From contig JBMNFY010000017.1 in the NCBI GenBank assembly GCA_050949565.1, positions 256,001 through 320,000 of the forward strand: a stretch of DNA of 64,000 bases, written 5' to 3'. Numbering within the stretch: the first letter of the stretch is position 1; the number at the start of each line of letters is the position of its first letter. The notes beneath the pieces were generated by a model, which worked only from the letters and a program-made list of their open reading frames with translations, ran no database searches and was not told where the DNA came from. Source of the stretch: Kiritimatiellia bacterium (GTDB lineage Bacteria > Verrucomicrobiota > Kiritimatiellia > RFP12 > UBA1067). The position numbers and the translations under genes were made by a program. Below are positions 39,364-49,417 of the stretch, one piece after another.

Positions 39364-40632
39364 ATGAACATCCTCGATACCTTTAAAGCCCGCCACCTAT
39401 TTGAAGACATGACGAGCCCGGAGTTGGCCAAAGCGCTGGACAAGCCGCTGACCGCCTATGCGGGCTTTGACCCCACTAACGACAGCCTGCAGGCCGGCAA
39501 CTTCGTGACCATCATGGCGCTGGCCCACCTGCAACGCGCGGGCCACAAGGTTATCGCACTCGTCGGCGGTGCCACCGGACTCATTGGCGACCCCTCCGGA
39601 AAATCCACCGAGCGCAACCTCCTCAGCGCGGAACAGGTCGAACACAATCTCGTCGGCATCAAAGAGAACCTCTCGCGCTTCCTCGATTTCAATCCGGCCT
39701 CTCCCAATCCGGCCATCCTCGTCAACAACTACGACTGGTTCAAGTCATTCACCTTTCTCGACCTGCTGCGCGATATCGGCCGCTACTTCCGCATGGGAAC
39801 CATGCTCAGCAAGGACAGCGTTAAGAAGCGCATGGAGTCCGAGGACGGCATGAGCTTTACCGAGTTCTGCTACCAGATCATGCAGGGCTATGACTTCTAC
39901 CACCTCTACAAGACCTATGGTTGCACCCTGCAGCTCGGCGGCTCTGATCAGTGGGGCAACATCACGGCCGGCACTGAACTGGTCCGGCGCATCGAGGGCC
40001 AAGAGGTGTTCGGCATGACCTTCCCGCTGGTCTGCGACAGCACCGGCAAAAAGTTCGGTAAGAGCGAGGGCAACGCGATCTTCCTCGACGCGCGCAAAAC
40101 CTCCTACTACGACTTCTACCAGTTCTTCCTACGCACGATGGATGCGGACGTCATCCGTTACCTCAAGATCTTCACCTTCCTGCCGCTGTCCCGCATCGCC
40201 GAGTTGGAGCAGGCGGTCGCCACTGCGCCAGAACAGCGCGAGGCGCAACAAGTGCTGGCCGAGGAACTAACCCGTGCCGTTCACGGTGAAAAAGGGCTTG
40301 CCGTGGCGCAGCAAGCCACGCAGGTGCTCTTCGGCGGCTCGCTCGACGGCCTTGCCGCCGCCGACTTGGAAGCGATCTTCGCCAACGTCCCCTCTGCCTC
40401 CCTGCCGGCCGCCGAAGTGCTCGGCAAACCGGCCTTCGAAGTCATCGCCGCAGCCGGCATGACCACGAGCAAAGGCGAGGCGCGCCGCCTCGTACAACAG
40501 GGCGGCCTCAGCATCAACAACCAGAAGGCGGGCGGCCTCGACCGCTGTTTCACGGCAGACGACTTGATTGAAGGGCGTCTCGCCGTCCTGCGCAGCGGCA
40601 AGAAGAGCTTCTTCCTGTTGCGCGCCGAATAA
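39364..40632 (+). CDS. tyrS: Tyrosine--tRNA ligase
   Basis: YAGFDPT, GDPSGK, QGYDF, GGSDQWGNI, KFGKS and a C-terminal S4 domain. Confidence 0.97.
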   Translation: MNILDTFKARHLFEDMTSPELAKALDKPLTAYAGFDPTNDSLQAGNFVTIMALAHLQRAGHKVIALVGGATGLIGDPSGKSTERNLLSAEQVEHNLVGIKENLSRFLDFNPASPNPAILVNNYDWFKSFTFLDLLRDIGRYFRMGTMLSKDSVKKRMESEDGMSFTEFCYQIMQGYDFYHLYKTYGCTLQLGGSDQWGNITAGTELVRRIEGQEVFGMTFPLVCDSTGKKFGKSEGNAIFLDARKTSYYDFYQFFLRTMDADVIRYLKIFTFLPLSRIAELEQAVATAPEQREAQQVLAEELTRAVHGEKGLAVAQQATQVLFGGSLDGLAAADLEAIFANVPSASLPAAEVLGKPAFEVIAAAGMTTSKGEARRLVQQGGLSINNQKAGGLDRCFTADDLIEGRLAVLRSGKKSFFLLRAE

Positions 40633-40654
40633 CCAAAAACGAAGGAGGTATCTG

Positions 40655-42781
40655 ATGCGGATTGCGATTCAACGTATAGGGCGATTGCTGGCTTTGGCAC
40701 TCGCGGCAGGATGGTTTTGCTCAGGGCTTGCCGACCCGTCACTGCTCGACTGGCGTTACTTCACCTATGAGGCGGTCACGCCGCAACTGGCGAATCCACT
40801 GCGCGATGCCAAGCTCAGTGTTTCGGGACAATGGAGTGACCGCGGCCCCCACTTTGTGGTCGATGGCAAAATCGACGCGAACGGCCACTGGGCCTGTGAA
40901 CAGCTCCCCGCCGTCCTGACGATCGAGATGCAGAAGCCCACATCGCTGCAAGCCGCGCGCATCTGGTTCTACTACGGCGAGCCGCGCGTCTACGCCTTCT
41001 TCATCGAGACCTCACCGGACGGCACCAACTGGACGCGCGTGGCCGACTGGACGAAGAACGACAAACCGGCAACCGCAGAAGGCTTCATTGTCCCGTTCAA
41101 ACAGCCGGTCGAGGCGCGTCACCTGCGCGTGACCATCACCGACAGCAGCGTGCGCGGTGCCGGCGGCCACATCGTTGAATTCCAAGTCTTCTCCGCTTCT
41201 GTCTCGCCCGGCCTACGTGGCCGTTGCGCAACGCTGGAGCGCATCACCACAGAAAACGCGCAAGGCGATGAGTCGAATACATGCTGGCGCGCCACTGCTT
41301 GGCGCAATGAACGCGTGCATGGCCAGTTCGTGGTCTGGTCCTCCGACCCGATCCCGCAACTGCGCCTGAGCGCCACCGCGTTACGGAACGAGCGCGGCGC
41401 CGAAATCCCCGCGTCGGCCGTCGTACCGCGCTTCGTCCGCTATGTGCTGGCCGACAAAAAACCGATGGGCGACATCCTCGACACCGCCGAGCGGGTCGAT
41501 CTGCCTCCGGGGGGCTTCCGTCCCGTCTGGCTGACCGTCTCCGTGCCCGCCCGCGCCAAACCGGGTCTCTATCGCGGCACCCTCACCGTCACCGGCGCAG
41601 GCGGTCGCCACCTCCCATTCCCGCTCGAATTGAAGGTGCTCGATGCCCGTCTGCCCGACCCGGCGGAGTGGGCCTTTTATCTCGACCTCTGGCAACATCC
41701 GTGGGCCGTTGCGCGCTATCACGGCGTCGAGCCCTTCTCGCCTGAACACTACCGTTTTCTCGAACCGATCTACCGCGAGCTAGGCAACGCCGGTCAGAAG
41801 ACGCTGACCGTCACCATCACCGACCTGCCGTGGAACCACCAGAACTTCGATGCCTACCACACCATGATTCCGCGCCTGAAAAACAAAGACGGAAGCTGGT
41901 CATTCGACTACACGCTGTTCGATGAGTACGTCGCCTTCGGACGGCGCTGCGGCGTCGGGCCGCACATCCACTGTTACACCATGGCGACTTGGGGCAACCG
42001 CGTCTCTTACACCGACGGCGAGACCGGCGACATCGTGCGCCCCGTCGTCCGGCCCGGCACGCCCGAACACGAGGCATACTGGGGGCCGTTCCTGCAAGAC
42101 TTCGAGCGCCACCTCAAACGCAAGGGCTGGGTGGACGACACCTACATCGCGATGGATGAGCGCGGACCGGAAGACACCCGCGCTACGGCGGACTGCGTCA
42201 AGAAATTCGCGCCGCGTATCAAGATCGCCATGCCCGGCAACCAGCCTCCAAGTAAATTCAAAGGCATCGATCTCGCCAACTACTGCCAGTTCATCGGGCA
42301 CATTGACGAACCGTTCCTGAAAGAAGTCGTAGAGCGCCGCGCCCAAGGTAAAACCACCACCTTCTACGTCTGCTGCGGTCCGCGCCGCCCCAACACCTTC
42401 ACCTTCAGCCCCACAGCCGAACCGGTCTGGCTCGGACTGTACGCAGCCGCCAACAACCTCGACGGCTTTCTGCGCTGGTCCTTTGTCAACTGGCCGCGCG
42501 ATCCCCTCTTCGACTCCAGCTTCGGCCCCTGGCCCGCCGGCGACACCTTCCTGATCTATCCCGGCCCGCGCTCGTCGATACGCTGGGAGATGCTGCGCGA
42601 CGGCATCGAAGAGGCCGAAAAGATCCGCGTACTGCGTGCGAAGGGCGACCTCGCTCCGAACCTGCGTGACGCGCTGACCGAGTTCGACTTCAAACGCGCC
42701 AGCAAAATGGACGACGCAGCCCTGTCCGCCTTGGTGCAGCGCACGCGGCTTGCCATTGAAGCGGCTGCCGCCGCCGAATAG
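40655..42781 (+). CDS. Secreted GH123/DUF4091-type glycoside hydrolase with an N-terminal F5/8 type C (CBM32-like) domain
   Basis: LDLWQHPWAVARY, IAMDER, YVCC, GFLRW, GDTFLIYPG and SSIRWEMLRDGI motifs. Confidence 0.82.
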   Translation: MRIAIQRIGRLLALALAAGWFCSGLADPSLLDWRYFTYEAVTPQLANPLRDAKLSVSGQWSDRGPHFVVDGKIDANGHWACEQLPAVLTIEMQKPTSLQAARIWFYYGEPRVYAFFIETSPDGTNWTRVADWTKNDKPATAEGFIVPFKQPVEARHLRVTITDSSVRGAGGHIVEFQVFSASVSPGLRGRCATLERITTENAQGDESNTCWRATAWRNERVHGQFVVWSSDPIPQLRLSATALRNERGAEIPASAVVPRFVRYVLADKKPMGDILDTAERVDLPPGGFRPVWLTVSVPARAKPGLYRGTLTVTGAGGRHLPFPLELKVLDARLPDPAEWAFYLDLWQHPWAVARYHGVEPFSPEHYRFLEPIYRELGNAGQKTLTVTITDLPWNHQNFDAYHTMIPRLKNKDGSWSFDYTLFDEYVAFGRRCGVGPHIHCYTMATWGNRVSYTDGETGDIVRPVVRPGTPEHEAYWGPFLQDFERHLKRKGWVDDTYIAMDERGPEDTRATADCVKKFAPRIKIAMPGNQPPSKFKGIDLANYCQFIGHIDEPFLKEVVERRAQGKTTTFYVCCGPRRPNTFTFSPTAEPVWLGLYAAANNLDGFLRWSFVNWPRDPLFDSSFGPWPAGDTFLIYPGPRSSIRWEMLRDGIEEAEKIRVLRAKGDLAPNLRDALTEFDFKRASKMDDAALSALVQRTRLAIEAAAAAE

Positions 42782-42822
42782 TCGCGCTATGCTCCTCCCC
42801 GACGGTTAGACGTCTATCCAAT

Positions 42823-42850
42823 CCGGCGGCGGCGTTCACGTCGCCGCCGG
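42823..42850. terminator. Strong hairpin between convergent genes
   Basis: CCGGCGGCGGCG-TTCA-CGTCGCCGCCGG; no clear U tract. Confidence 0.55.
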
Positions 42851-42872
42851 TCGTGTATTCACGGCCCGCGCC

Positions 42873-44027
42873 CTAACGCCGTCGCGGATAGGTCTGGCGG
42901 TCGATCACGCTGCCGTCGAGGCGCTTCAACTCCACAGTCAGGCGACCGGCTGCCCGGTCGAAGGTGAGCAACAGGTAACTGGAGACACGCTCGCAAACCA
43001 CGGCCTTGGCATCGCGGTAGACATCGCCGGGGCCGGCCATGCACGTGTTGTAGTAAGGGAAGCCATCGCTCTCCACGGCACGTTCAGCGAAGTATCCGAA
43101 ACCGGTGATGCACAAGGTGCCGCGGCTGATCATCGTGTGCCATGCGCCTTGCTCCAGTGCGCGGCAACTGCTCTTCTCGTTCATCAACGTCACGAGAAAA
43201 CCGGTAGAGGCCGCGCGGGTTTGCGCATCAAACCAGTCGAACTGCTCCGAGCCGCGGTGGTAGTCGTGACACGACTGGAAGGTGGTGCCAAAGTCGCTGA
43301 CATGATGCAGGTCGAGCGCGAGAAAGGTGGCGTCGGCTTGCGGGATCGTGAAAGCCCAGCGCCAGCCTGGATCAGGCAGTGCAAAGACCGTGCGAAAAGC
43401 CGTCGCCGCAATATCGTAGACCTCGGTGCTGGTGCCCGGGCGTTTATTCTCGCGCGGACCGACCTGCTTATCGTGGTTACCCGTGATCGGCATAAAGGGC
43501 GTTGTCGCGAAAAGCTCGGCCTCGGAACGGATCAAGTTCAAATAAGGCTGGATGTAGCGCGTATCGCCCGGTTGCGATGGGTTGATGACCTGCGCCACGT
43601 TATCGCCCGCCGTCATCAGCAGATGCGGTTTGTCTGCCTTGAGCGCGGTCAAATTCGGCCGACGGGCGTAAGCCCAGTCGCCGACGACCGCCACGCGCAC
43701 GCCATCCTCCGGACAGGTCTGAAACGCAAACGTCTCCGAACGTTGCCCGTCGGTTGCCACGCGGTAATGAATGGCAGTGCCACGTTGCGGTGTCGGGATT
43801 TCAACGTGATGTATGGTTTGCTCACCGGCTACGCGCACCTCGTGCGGACAGGAGGAATCCGTGCCGTAGCACACCTGCGAAGGGCCAGGGCGCGCACTCT
43901 TCCAACTCACGACTGTTTTATCAGGCGTCGGCGAACGGTGAGTCAGCCAGACCGCCTCAATTTGAGCCTGTGCGGCCAACGCCGCGCTCAGCACAATCAC
44001 ACACACTAGGGTTCTGCTCCGCATCAT
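42873..44027 (-). CDS. Secreted metallophosphoesterase with an N-terminal purple-acid-phosphatase/FN3-like domain
   Basis: Signal peptide; VVGDW, AGDNV and GNHD motifs. Confidence 0.72.
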   Translation of the reverse strand: MMRSRTLVCVIVLSAALAAQAQIEAVWLTHRSPTPDKTVVSWKSARPGPSQVCYGTDSSCPHEVRVAGEQTIHHVEIPTPQRGTAIHYRVATDGQRSETFAFQTCPEDGVRVAVVGDWAYARRPNLTALKADKPHLLMTAGDNVAQVINPSQPGDTRYIQPYLNLIRSEAELFATTPFMPITGNHDKQVGPRENKRPGTSTEVYDIAATAFRTVFALPDPGWRWAFTIPQADATFLALDLHHVSDFGTTFQSCHDYHRGSEQFDWFDAQTRAASTGFLVTLMNEKSSCRALEQGAWHTMISRGTLCITGFGYFAERAVESDGFPYYNTCMAGPGDVYRDAKAVVCERVSSYLLLTFDRAAGRLTVELKRLDGSVIDRQTYPRRR

Positions 44028-44042
44028 ACGATCCTCCTAATT

Positions 44043-44822
44043 TTAAGCCTCTGCCACCCAACTCCTAAGAAACACCCCGACTAGTCTCCATGAGGGATAG
44101 GAAACATCGGCGATGCCCTTGATCTCGTTGTCTTTCGCATTCAAAGCGATAAATGCAACGCTCTCAGCACCCAGCGCCTCTGCTGCGGCATCGCGCATAC
44201 CGATGTCATCCTCTGTGTCACCGATCACCACTGCCCGGCCATACGCTCCGTCCATCAACAACTCGCGTACCTGAAAAGCCTTCTCCTCGCGAGTCATGGG
44301 TACCTCCACACGCCAACCCGCATCGCCACGTCGTACACGCGTGCCGATAACTCGCAGATGCACGTCACACGCCGCCGCTCGCTGCCGGACTTTCTCCAGA
44401 AGAAAATGGAAGGATTTGCTGACCACCACAAAATCGCAACCACTACGAACAGCACTCAGCGCACGCCAGGCCGACGGATAGCACAACCGCGACACCAGCG
44501 CTGCGGCCCGATCCAATGCGACGGGCGTACAATACGGCATTATCCTGTGTACGAAAAAGCGTATCAGTCGTTCGTCTGCACTAGAAAGACTAAGTCGCTT
44601 TTCCTCGTAGGCACGGGTCAGCCGCCGCTGTAGCTTCTGAAGCCGCACGGCTTCACGCATAAGCCGAAAGAAGCAGCGCGGTTGTGACAGACTGATCAGG
44701 CAGAGCGCGACCAGCAAGTCAGCATTCGCGATACCGCGACACAGCGCGGGGCACAACCCGCGGTAGAGTGTGCCGTCAAAATCCAGAATGACGAGGACTT
44801 TGTGCGCTGCGGGTCTTGTCAT
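44043..44822 (-). CDS. HAD-superfamily hydrolase
   Basis: LDFDGTLY, VVSKS and IGDTEDD motifs. Confidence 0.75.
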   Translation of the reverse strand: MTRPAAHKVLVILDFDGTLYRGLCPALCRGIANADLLVALCLISLSQPRCFFRLMREAVRLQKLQRRLTRAYEEKRLSLSSADERLIRFFVHRIMPYCTPVALDRAAALVSRLCYPSAWRALSAVRSGCDFVVVSKSFHFLLEKVRQRAAACDVHLRVIGTRVRRGDAGWRVEVPMTREEKAFQVRELLMDGAYGRAVVIGDTEDDIGMRDAAAEALGAESVAFIALNAKDNEIKGIADVSYPSWRLVGVFLRSWVAEA

Positions 44823-45715
44823 TGGGTCTGCCCCCTATCCAGTCGCACAAGCTTGTAAAAGACCTCTCCGTCCTTGATCTTTATGACGCGGAAAGCATGT
44901 GGATGTTCAGCCAAACTGGGCGCACACAGTTGAGTGACGTTCCCCCGCGTCCGGCGGTGATCTGTATGGGAGTGTCCGCAGAGCACCACCCATCGCGCGC
45001 CGGAGGCATCCATCGCCTCGACGATCTTTTCCCTGTCCGGATCAAGAACAGAACACCCGTGATACCGTCTGGCCAAAGCATCCATCAGACGCGGCGCCCA
45101 CAGCATCCTGTGCAGACAGAAAAAATGCACTTCGTCCCGGTCGGAAACGGTGCGTATGGCTTGGAGAATATCAGCAAAAACAACCTCGTCTTTCGCGAAC
45201 GGCAGAAAGAAAAAGCGCGTGTTATTGACAAGCGTACAGCCGTGCGTCGCACCGCACACATCGTTCCAGACCGTGCTGTTCTCCTTCCGTCTCGAAATGT
45301 CATGGTCGCCCTGAGTAACGACAACCGGACACTGAAGACGGCTCAAAATTGAAACACCGCGTTTCAGTGCCTCGATGTCGTCGCCACGATTCACGACATC
45401 ACCGGTGATCACAACAACATCCGGTTTGATCGTGTTCCGAATTTGCGAGACCGCCTGCTCCAGATACTCAAAGGCTCTTCCGGTGCAGGGCCGGTGCAAG
45501 CGGTAACCACCCACTGCGATCTTGTGCGTCCACGGTGTATGCATGACCTTGCCCAGTGTATCCAGATGCAGGTCGGTCAGATGGACGATCGTCAGTCCGT
45601 CCCCTTCGGGTAGATGTCCGTCCCGCCTGCCTGACTGCCAAAAGCACAGCCCTAGGAAAAGGGCAATAACTCCCCAGAACAACCACCGTGTTTTGTTGTC
45701 ACTTCGTTTTGACAT
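44819..45715 (-). CDS. Calcineurin-like metallophosphoesterase with an N-terminal membrane anchor
   Basis: TDLH, TGDVV, GDHD and GHSH motifs; 4-nt overlap with the HAD gene. Confidence 0.85.
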   Translation of the reverse strand: MSKRSDNKTRWLFWGVIALFLGLCFWQSGRRDGHLPEGDGLTIVHLTDLHLDTLGKVMHTPWTHKIAVGGYRLHRPCTGRAFEYLEQAVSQIRNTIKPDVVVITGDVVNRGDDIEALKRGVSILSRLQCPVVVTQGDHDISRRKENSTVWNDVCGATHGCTLVNNTRFFFLPFAKDEVVFADILQAIRTVSDRDEVHFFCLHRMLWAPRLMDALARRYHGCSVLDPDREKIVEAMDASGARWVVLCGHSHTDHRRTRGNVTQLCAPSLAEHPHAFRVIKIKDGEVFYKLVRLDRGQTQ

Positions 45716-46016
45716 CTTCGGGACACAACACTCCGTACGGCGAAGCAGACGTCGTCGCTTGGTCTTAATCCAACCACCTCATTACCGTCACTTTACCGAA
45801 AGCAACCGCCGAGGTGCAATCGATTAGTGCGGCGGAACAACAGCTTTCAAATGACGACGAACACGTCTTAAAGTTAAAGCAGGCGTTTGTTGCAGGACTG
45901 TTGTCAAAAGTTTTGGACTGATCTTTCTGGAATGACCAGATTTTGGGGGCGCGCTTCCTTCAGATTCTGTTACTTATTGACTCGCATCAACCCGAACAGC
46001 AAAATGGCGACCTGTC

Positions 46017-46433
46017 ATGAGAACCACATACTCCAACAAATGCTTGGAACGGCGCGCTGTACGATCCGGGTGGATCATATTAGGAACGGCGGGAGTGTTT
46101 TTTGTTTTGTGTCTGGCGACTGAACTTAAAAATTTGGTCGACTTCTCTCGCATCATGGAGCCGTTTTTCGAGGCCGGTGACCTGAAGTTTTACAAGTCGA
46201 CTTGGTTAGAGTATGGCGTGCGTAGAAGCTTGAGCGTCATTCCCCGGGCATTGGTTGGCAGTAGCGCCGTCTGGATGGGATGCGCGATTGTTCGCAAGAA
46301 GGTCCATACACGGATAGTAGGATGGGGTGTATGTGCGCTGTTCTTTTTCATCGGCGAGTTTCTTTTCGGTATCCTGATAAGCTCAGCGTATGGTTATTTC
46401 AACGTGCTGTTACGACCACGCGGTGGATCGTAA
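46017..46433 (+). CDS. Hypothetical membrane protein (lower GC)
   Basis: 138-aa ORF with about three hydrophobic segments; no recognisable family. Confidence 0.45.
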   Translation: MRTTYSNKCLERRAVRSGWIILGTAGVFFVLCLATELKNLVDFSRIMEPFFEAGDLKFYKSTWLEYGVRRSLSVIPRALVGSSAVWMGCAIVRKKVHTRIVGWGVCALFFFIGEFLFGILISSAYGYFNVLLRPRGGS

Positions 46434-46546
46434 TGCCGAGAGTAAAAGCCAAATCCCGTGTTTGGGGTTGACGCCTCTCCCCTTAGCATCGCACAATGGC
46501 AAGCGCCGGAAGGATGGTCTCAGGTTCCCTCGCAGAGCACCGGGAG

Positions 46547-46597
46547 GGGAGGGACGAGCGTCGCTCGTCCGCGGGCAAGCAGACGCTTGCCCCTCCC
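46547..46597. repeat. REP doublet GGACGAGCG/CGCTCGTCC + GGGCAAGC/GCTTGCCC
   Basis: 46572-46592 is the exact reverse complement of 16770-16790. Confidence 0.8.
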
Positions 46598-46743
46598 TGC
46601 GCTTCACAAGCCCGAAGGCAAGAGCTGGAGGGCAGCATCTGGGTGGTGCGCAAAGATGGAAAACTTTGTGGCCTTCGTGGTCTTTGTGTGAGGTTGAATG
46701 GGGTTGCGGGCTCCGCCCGCGCTAGCCTTGGAAGGAGAAGCAA

Positions 46744-49380
46744 ATGAAAAAACGACTGATGACTGTAGTTGCGGCGTGTGCCTGTGTGTGCGCCGCTCTG
46801 GCCGAGACTGTTTTTTGGAAAGATGCGTCGCCGGTGACCCTCGACGCGACCAAGACCTTCGAACTGCGCATCGACAAGGCTGCCAAGACGGGTGACGTGT
46901 CGCTCTTGATCGCGCTCAGTGCGCCGGTGGACGACACGTTCTGTCCGACGGTAACACTCAACGGCGTGCCCGCCATCGAAGAAACACATGCCCCGCTGGC
47001 GACTTGGCTGCCCGGCTTCGATGCCACCCCTATCCGCTCCCCGCGAGAGACCCGTGAAATCCAGGCCGGCTATCGGTACGCCTTCCCCCTGTCAGCACTG
47101 AAAGCGGGCGGCAACACCGTCGCGCTCGGTCCCGCTGTCGGATCGCCCAAACTGCACGCGCTCGCGCTTGATGTAGACCCGACCGGTGAGATCGTCGTAG
47201 AAAACGACGACTTCCGCCTCGTTGTGGGCAAAGATGCGTGCGTGAAATCCCTCATCGTGAAAAAGACGAACGAAGAGTGCGCAGACGCAGGCATGCAGTT
47301 GCCGCTTTTCACGGTTACGCAGGACAGGCCGTTCCATAACGAGTTCAAGCTGATCCACCCCAACAAACGCACAGTTTGCCCCGCGACGCGTTTGCGGCGG
47401 AATGGCGACTTCCTCTACGTCGGCTTCGGCCATAACCTGTACGAGGCGCAGGTGGCGCTCAAAACCGCGCCCGGCTACGTAGCATTCACGCTGATCGATT
47501 TCGCGGTCGACCGCAAGCCGACCTACGACTACCTGCGCATGGATATCCCCCCCGTCACATCGTTCCGCATCCAATTGCCGGTCAAGAACCGCGCAAACTT
47601 CGGCAACTGGCTCAATGCGAGTTGGGACGAGAAGGCGGTCGTGTGCGTGGCTGGCACCTCGCCCCACCCCGACGTTGACCACGAAGCGCGGGCCGGAGCG
47701 AAAATCCTCTACGCTGAGGCGATGGCCGGCATCAAATTGCGCGGTGCCAGCGCCGCACTTCTTGCGGCACCCGGACGCGAGGCGTTTCTCGACGCGATGG
47801 ACACGCTCGAACAGGACTTCGGTATGCCGCGCGGCGTGAAGAGCCGACGTTCGCCGGATGTGCAGGAAGCGATCTTCCACCTGAGCGGCCCCTCATTGCC
47901 GGGCGACATCGACGAGCTCATCGCCTACGCGCAGCAGGGCGGATTCAAGCTGATGACCATCGGTTACGGGAGCCTGTTCAAAACCGTGGGGAGCTGGGGA
48001 CTGTGCGGCAACTACGATTGGCGGGACTCCTTCCCGAACGGCGAGGCCGACCTGAAGGCGATGCTCGACAAAATCAAGGCGGCGGGGCTCAAAGCCGGCT
48101 TCCACACGTTGCACTCGCACATCGGTCTGCAAAGCCGCTACGTGACGCCGGTCGCCGATCCAAGGCTCAACAAAACGCGCCGCTTCACACTCGCCGCGCC
48201 GCTTTCCGCCGCGACGAATGACACGGAAATCACGGTTTACGAGCCCACAACTGACGTGGTGATGTACGCCCCCTGCCGCATCCTCCAGTTCGGCGGCGAA
48301 CTCGTCTCGTACGAATCCTACACAACGGAATCTCCGTACAAATTCCTCGGCGTGAAGCGCGGTGCGCATAAAACGCACGTCGTGGCGCATCCGCAGGGCG
48401 AGGTGGGCGGCATTCTCGACATCAGCGAATTCGGTGCGCCGATGAGTTGCTACGCCGATCAGAACACCGACTTGCAAGACGAGGTGGCGGCGAAGATTGC
48501 ACGCGCCTACAACTGCGGTTTCGAGTACGTTTACCTCGACGGCTCAGAGGGCGTAAACCGTCCCTTCAACTACCACGTCGCGAACGCACAGCTCAGATAC
48601 TGGAAGCTACTCGATCCCGAGCCCTCTTTCGGCGAAGGTGCAGCCAAAACGCATTTCGGCTGGCACATGCTCGCGGGCGCGAATGCGTTCGATGTCTTCC
48701 GGCCCGAAATCTTCAAGGCGAAGCTGCGCGAGTTCCCGTTCAAGCAAGCGCCGATCACGCAGCAGGACATGTCGCGCGTAGACTTCGGTTGGTGGTACTT
48801 TTTCAGCCCTTCCGGCGGCGCACGGCCCACGGTGGGCACCCAAATGGACATGTGGGAGTATGGCGCCTCCGTGGCGGCAGCGTGGGACTGTGCGATATCA
48901 ATTCTCATGCCGGCGTCGGAGTTGAAGCGCCACCCGCGTACGGATGACATCCTTGAGATGATGCGGCGTTGGGGCGACTGCCGCAGACGCGGCCTTTTCA
49001 AAGACGAGTGGCGTCCGCGGCTCAAAAACTACGCGCAGGAACACCACCTTATCGTAGATGCCAAGGGCAATTACGATCTTGTCGATTATTCTCAGATCGC
49101 TGTCGGCGACGGCCAAAACCCGGTGCGCGCCTTCGTTTTCTCAAAGGACAACGCCACGTGGGTCGTCTACTGGCACGGTTCGGGCGAAGGGCGGTTGCGC
49201 CTCCCGATCGCAGCAAGCGCAGCGGCCCTCCACGACGATTTCGCCGGCAAGGCTGTCGCGTTCGAGCAGGATGGCGCGTCGATCATTGTACCTGCGGCGA
49301 AACGCCTCTACCTCAAGACAACGCTCACGCGCGATGCGGTCGAGCGGGCCTTCGCGGCAGCGGCGCTGCTTGGCAAGTAG
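46744..49380 (+). CDS. Secreted hypothetical protein, probably a glycoside-hydrolase-like TIM barrel
   Basis: RBS GAAGGAG and signal peptide; FPNGEADLKAMLDKIKAAGLKAGFH and YVYLDGSEG; adjacent to GH2. Confidence 0.6.
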   Translation: MKKRLMTVVAACACVCAALAETVFWKDASPVTLDATKTFELRIDKAAKTGDVSLLIALSAPVDDTFCPTVTLNGVPAIEETHAPLATWLPGFDATPIRSPRETREIQAGYRYAFPLSALKAGGNTVALGPAVGSPKLHALALDVDPTGEIVVENDDFRLVVGKDACVKSLIVKKTNEECADAGMQLPLFTVTQDRPFHNEFKLIHPNKRTVCPATRLRRNGDFLYVGFGHNLYEAQVALKTAPGYVAFTLIDFAVDRKPTYDYLRMDIPPVTSFRIQLPVKNRANFGNWLNASWDEKAVVCVAGTSPHPDVDHEARAGAKILYAEAMAGIKLRGASAALLAAPGREAFLDAMDTLEQDFGMPRGVKSRRSPDVQEAIFHLSGPSLPGDIDELIAYAQQGGFKLMTIGYGSLFKTVGSWGLCGNYDWRDSFPNGEADLKAMLDKIKAAGLKAGFHTLHSHIGLQSRYVTPVADPRLNKTRRFTLAAPLSAATNDTEITVYEPTTDVVMYAPCRILQFGGELVSYESYTTESPYKFLGVKRGAHKTHVVAHPQGEVGGILDISEFGAPMSCYADQNTDLQDEVAAKIARAYNCGFEYVYLDGSEGVNRPFNYHVANAQLRYWKLLDPEPSFGEGAAKTHFGWHMLAGANAFDVFRPEIFKAKLREFPFKQAPITQQDMSRVDFGWWYFFSPSGGARPTVGTQMDMWEYGASVAAAWDCAISILMPASELKRHPRTDDILEMMRRWGDCRRRGLFKDEWRPRLKNYAQEHHLIVDAKGNYDLVDYSQIAVGDGQNPVRAFVFSKDNATWVVYWHGSGEGRLRLPIAASAAALHDDFAGKAVAFEQDGASIIVPAAKRLYLKTTLTRDAVERAFAAAALLGK

Positions 49381-49417
49381 GATTTAGGATTTACAATCGG
49401 GAAAGGAACGTCGACGT

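Noticed and set aside
46400-46440. Integron attC site after the orphan ORF
   Set aside because: The hairpin is too short, lacks proper RYYYAAC/GTTRRRY ends, and there is no integron integrase.
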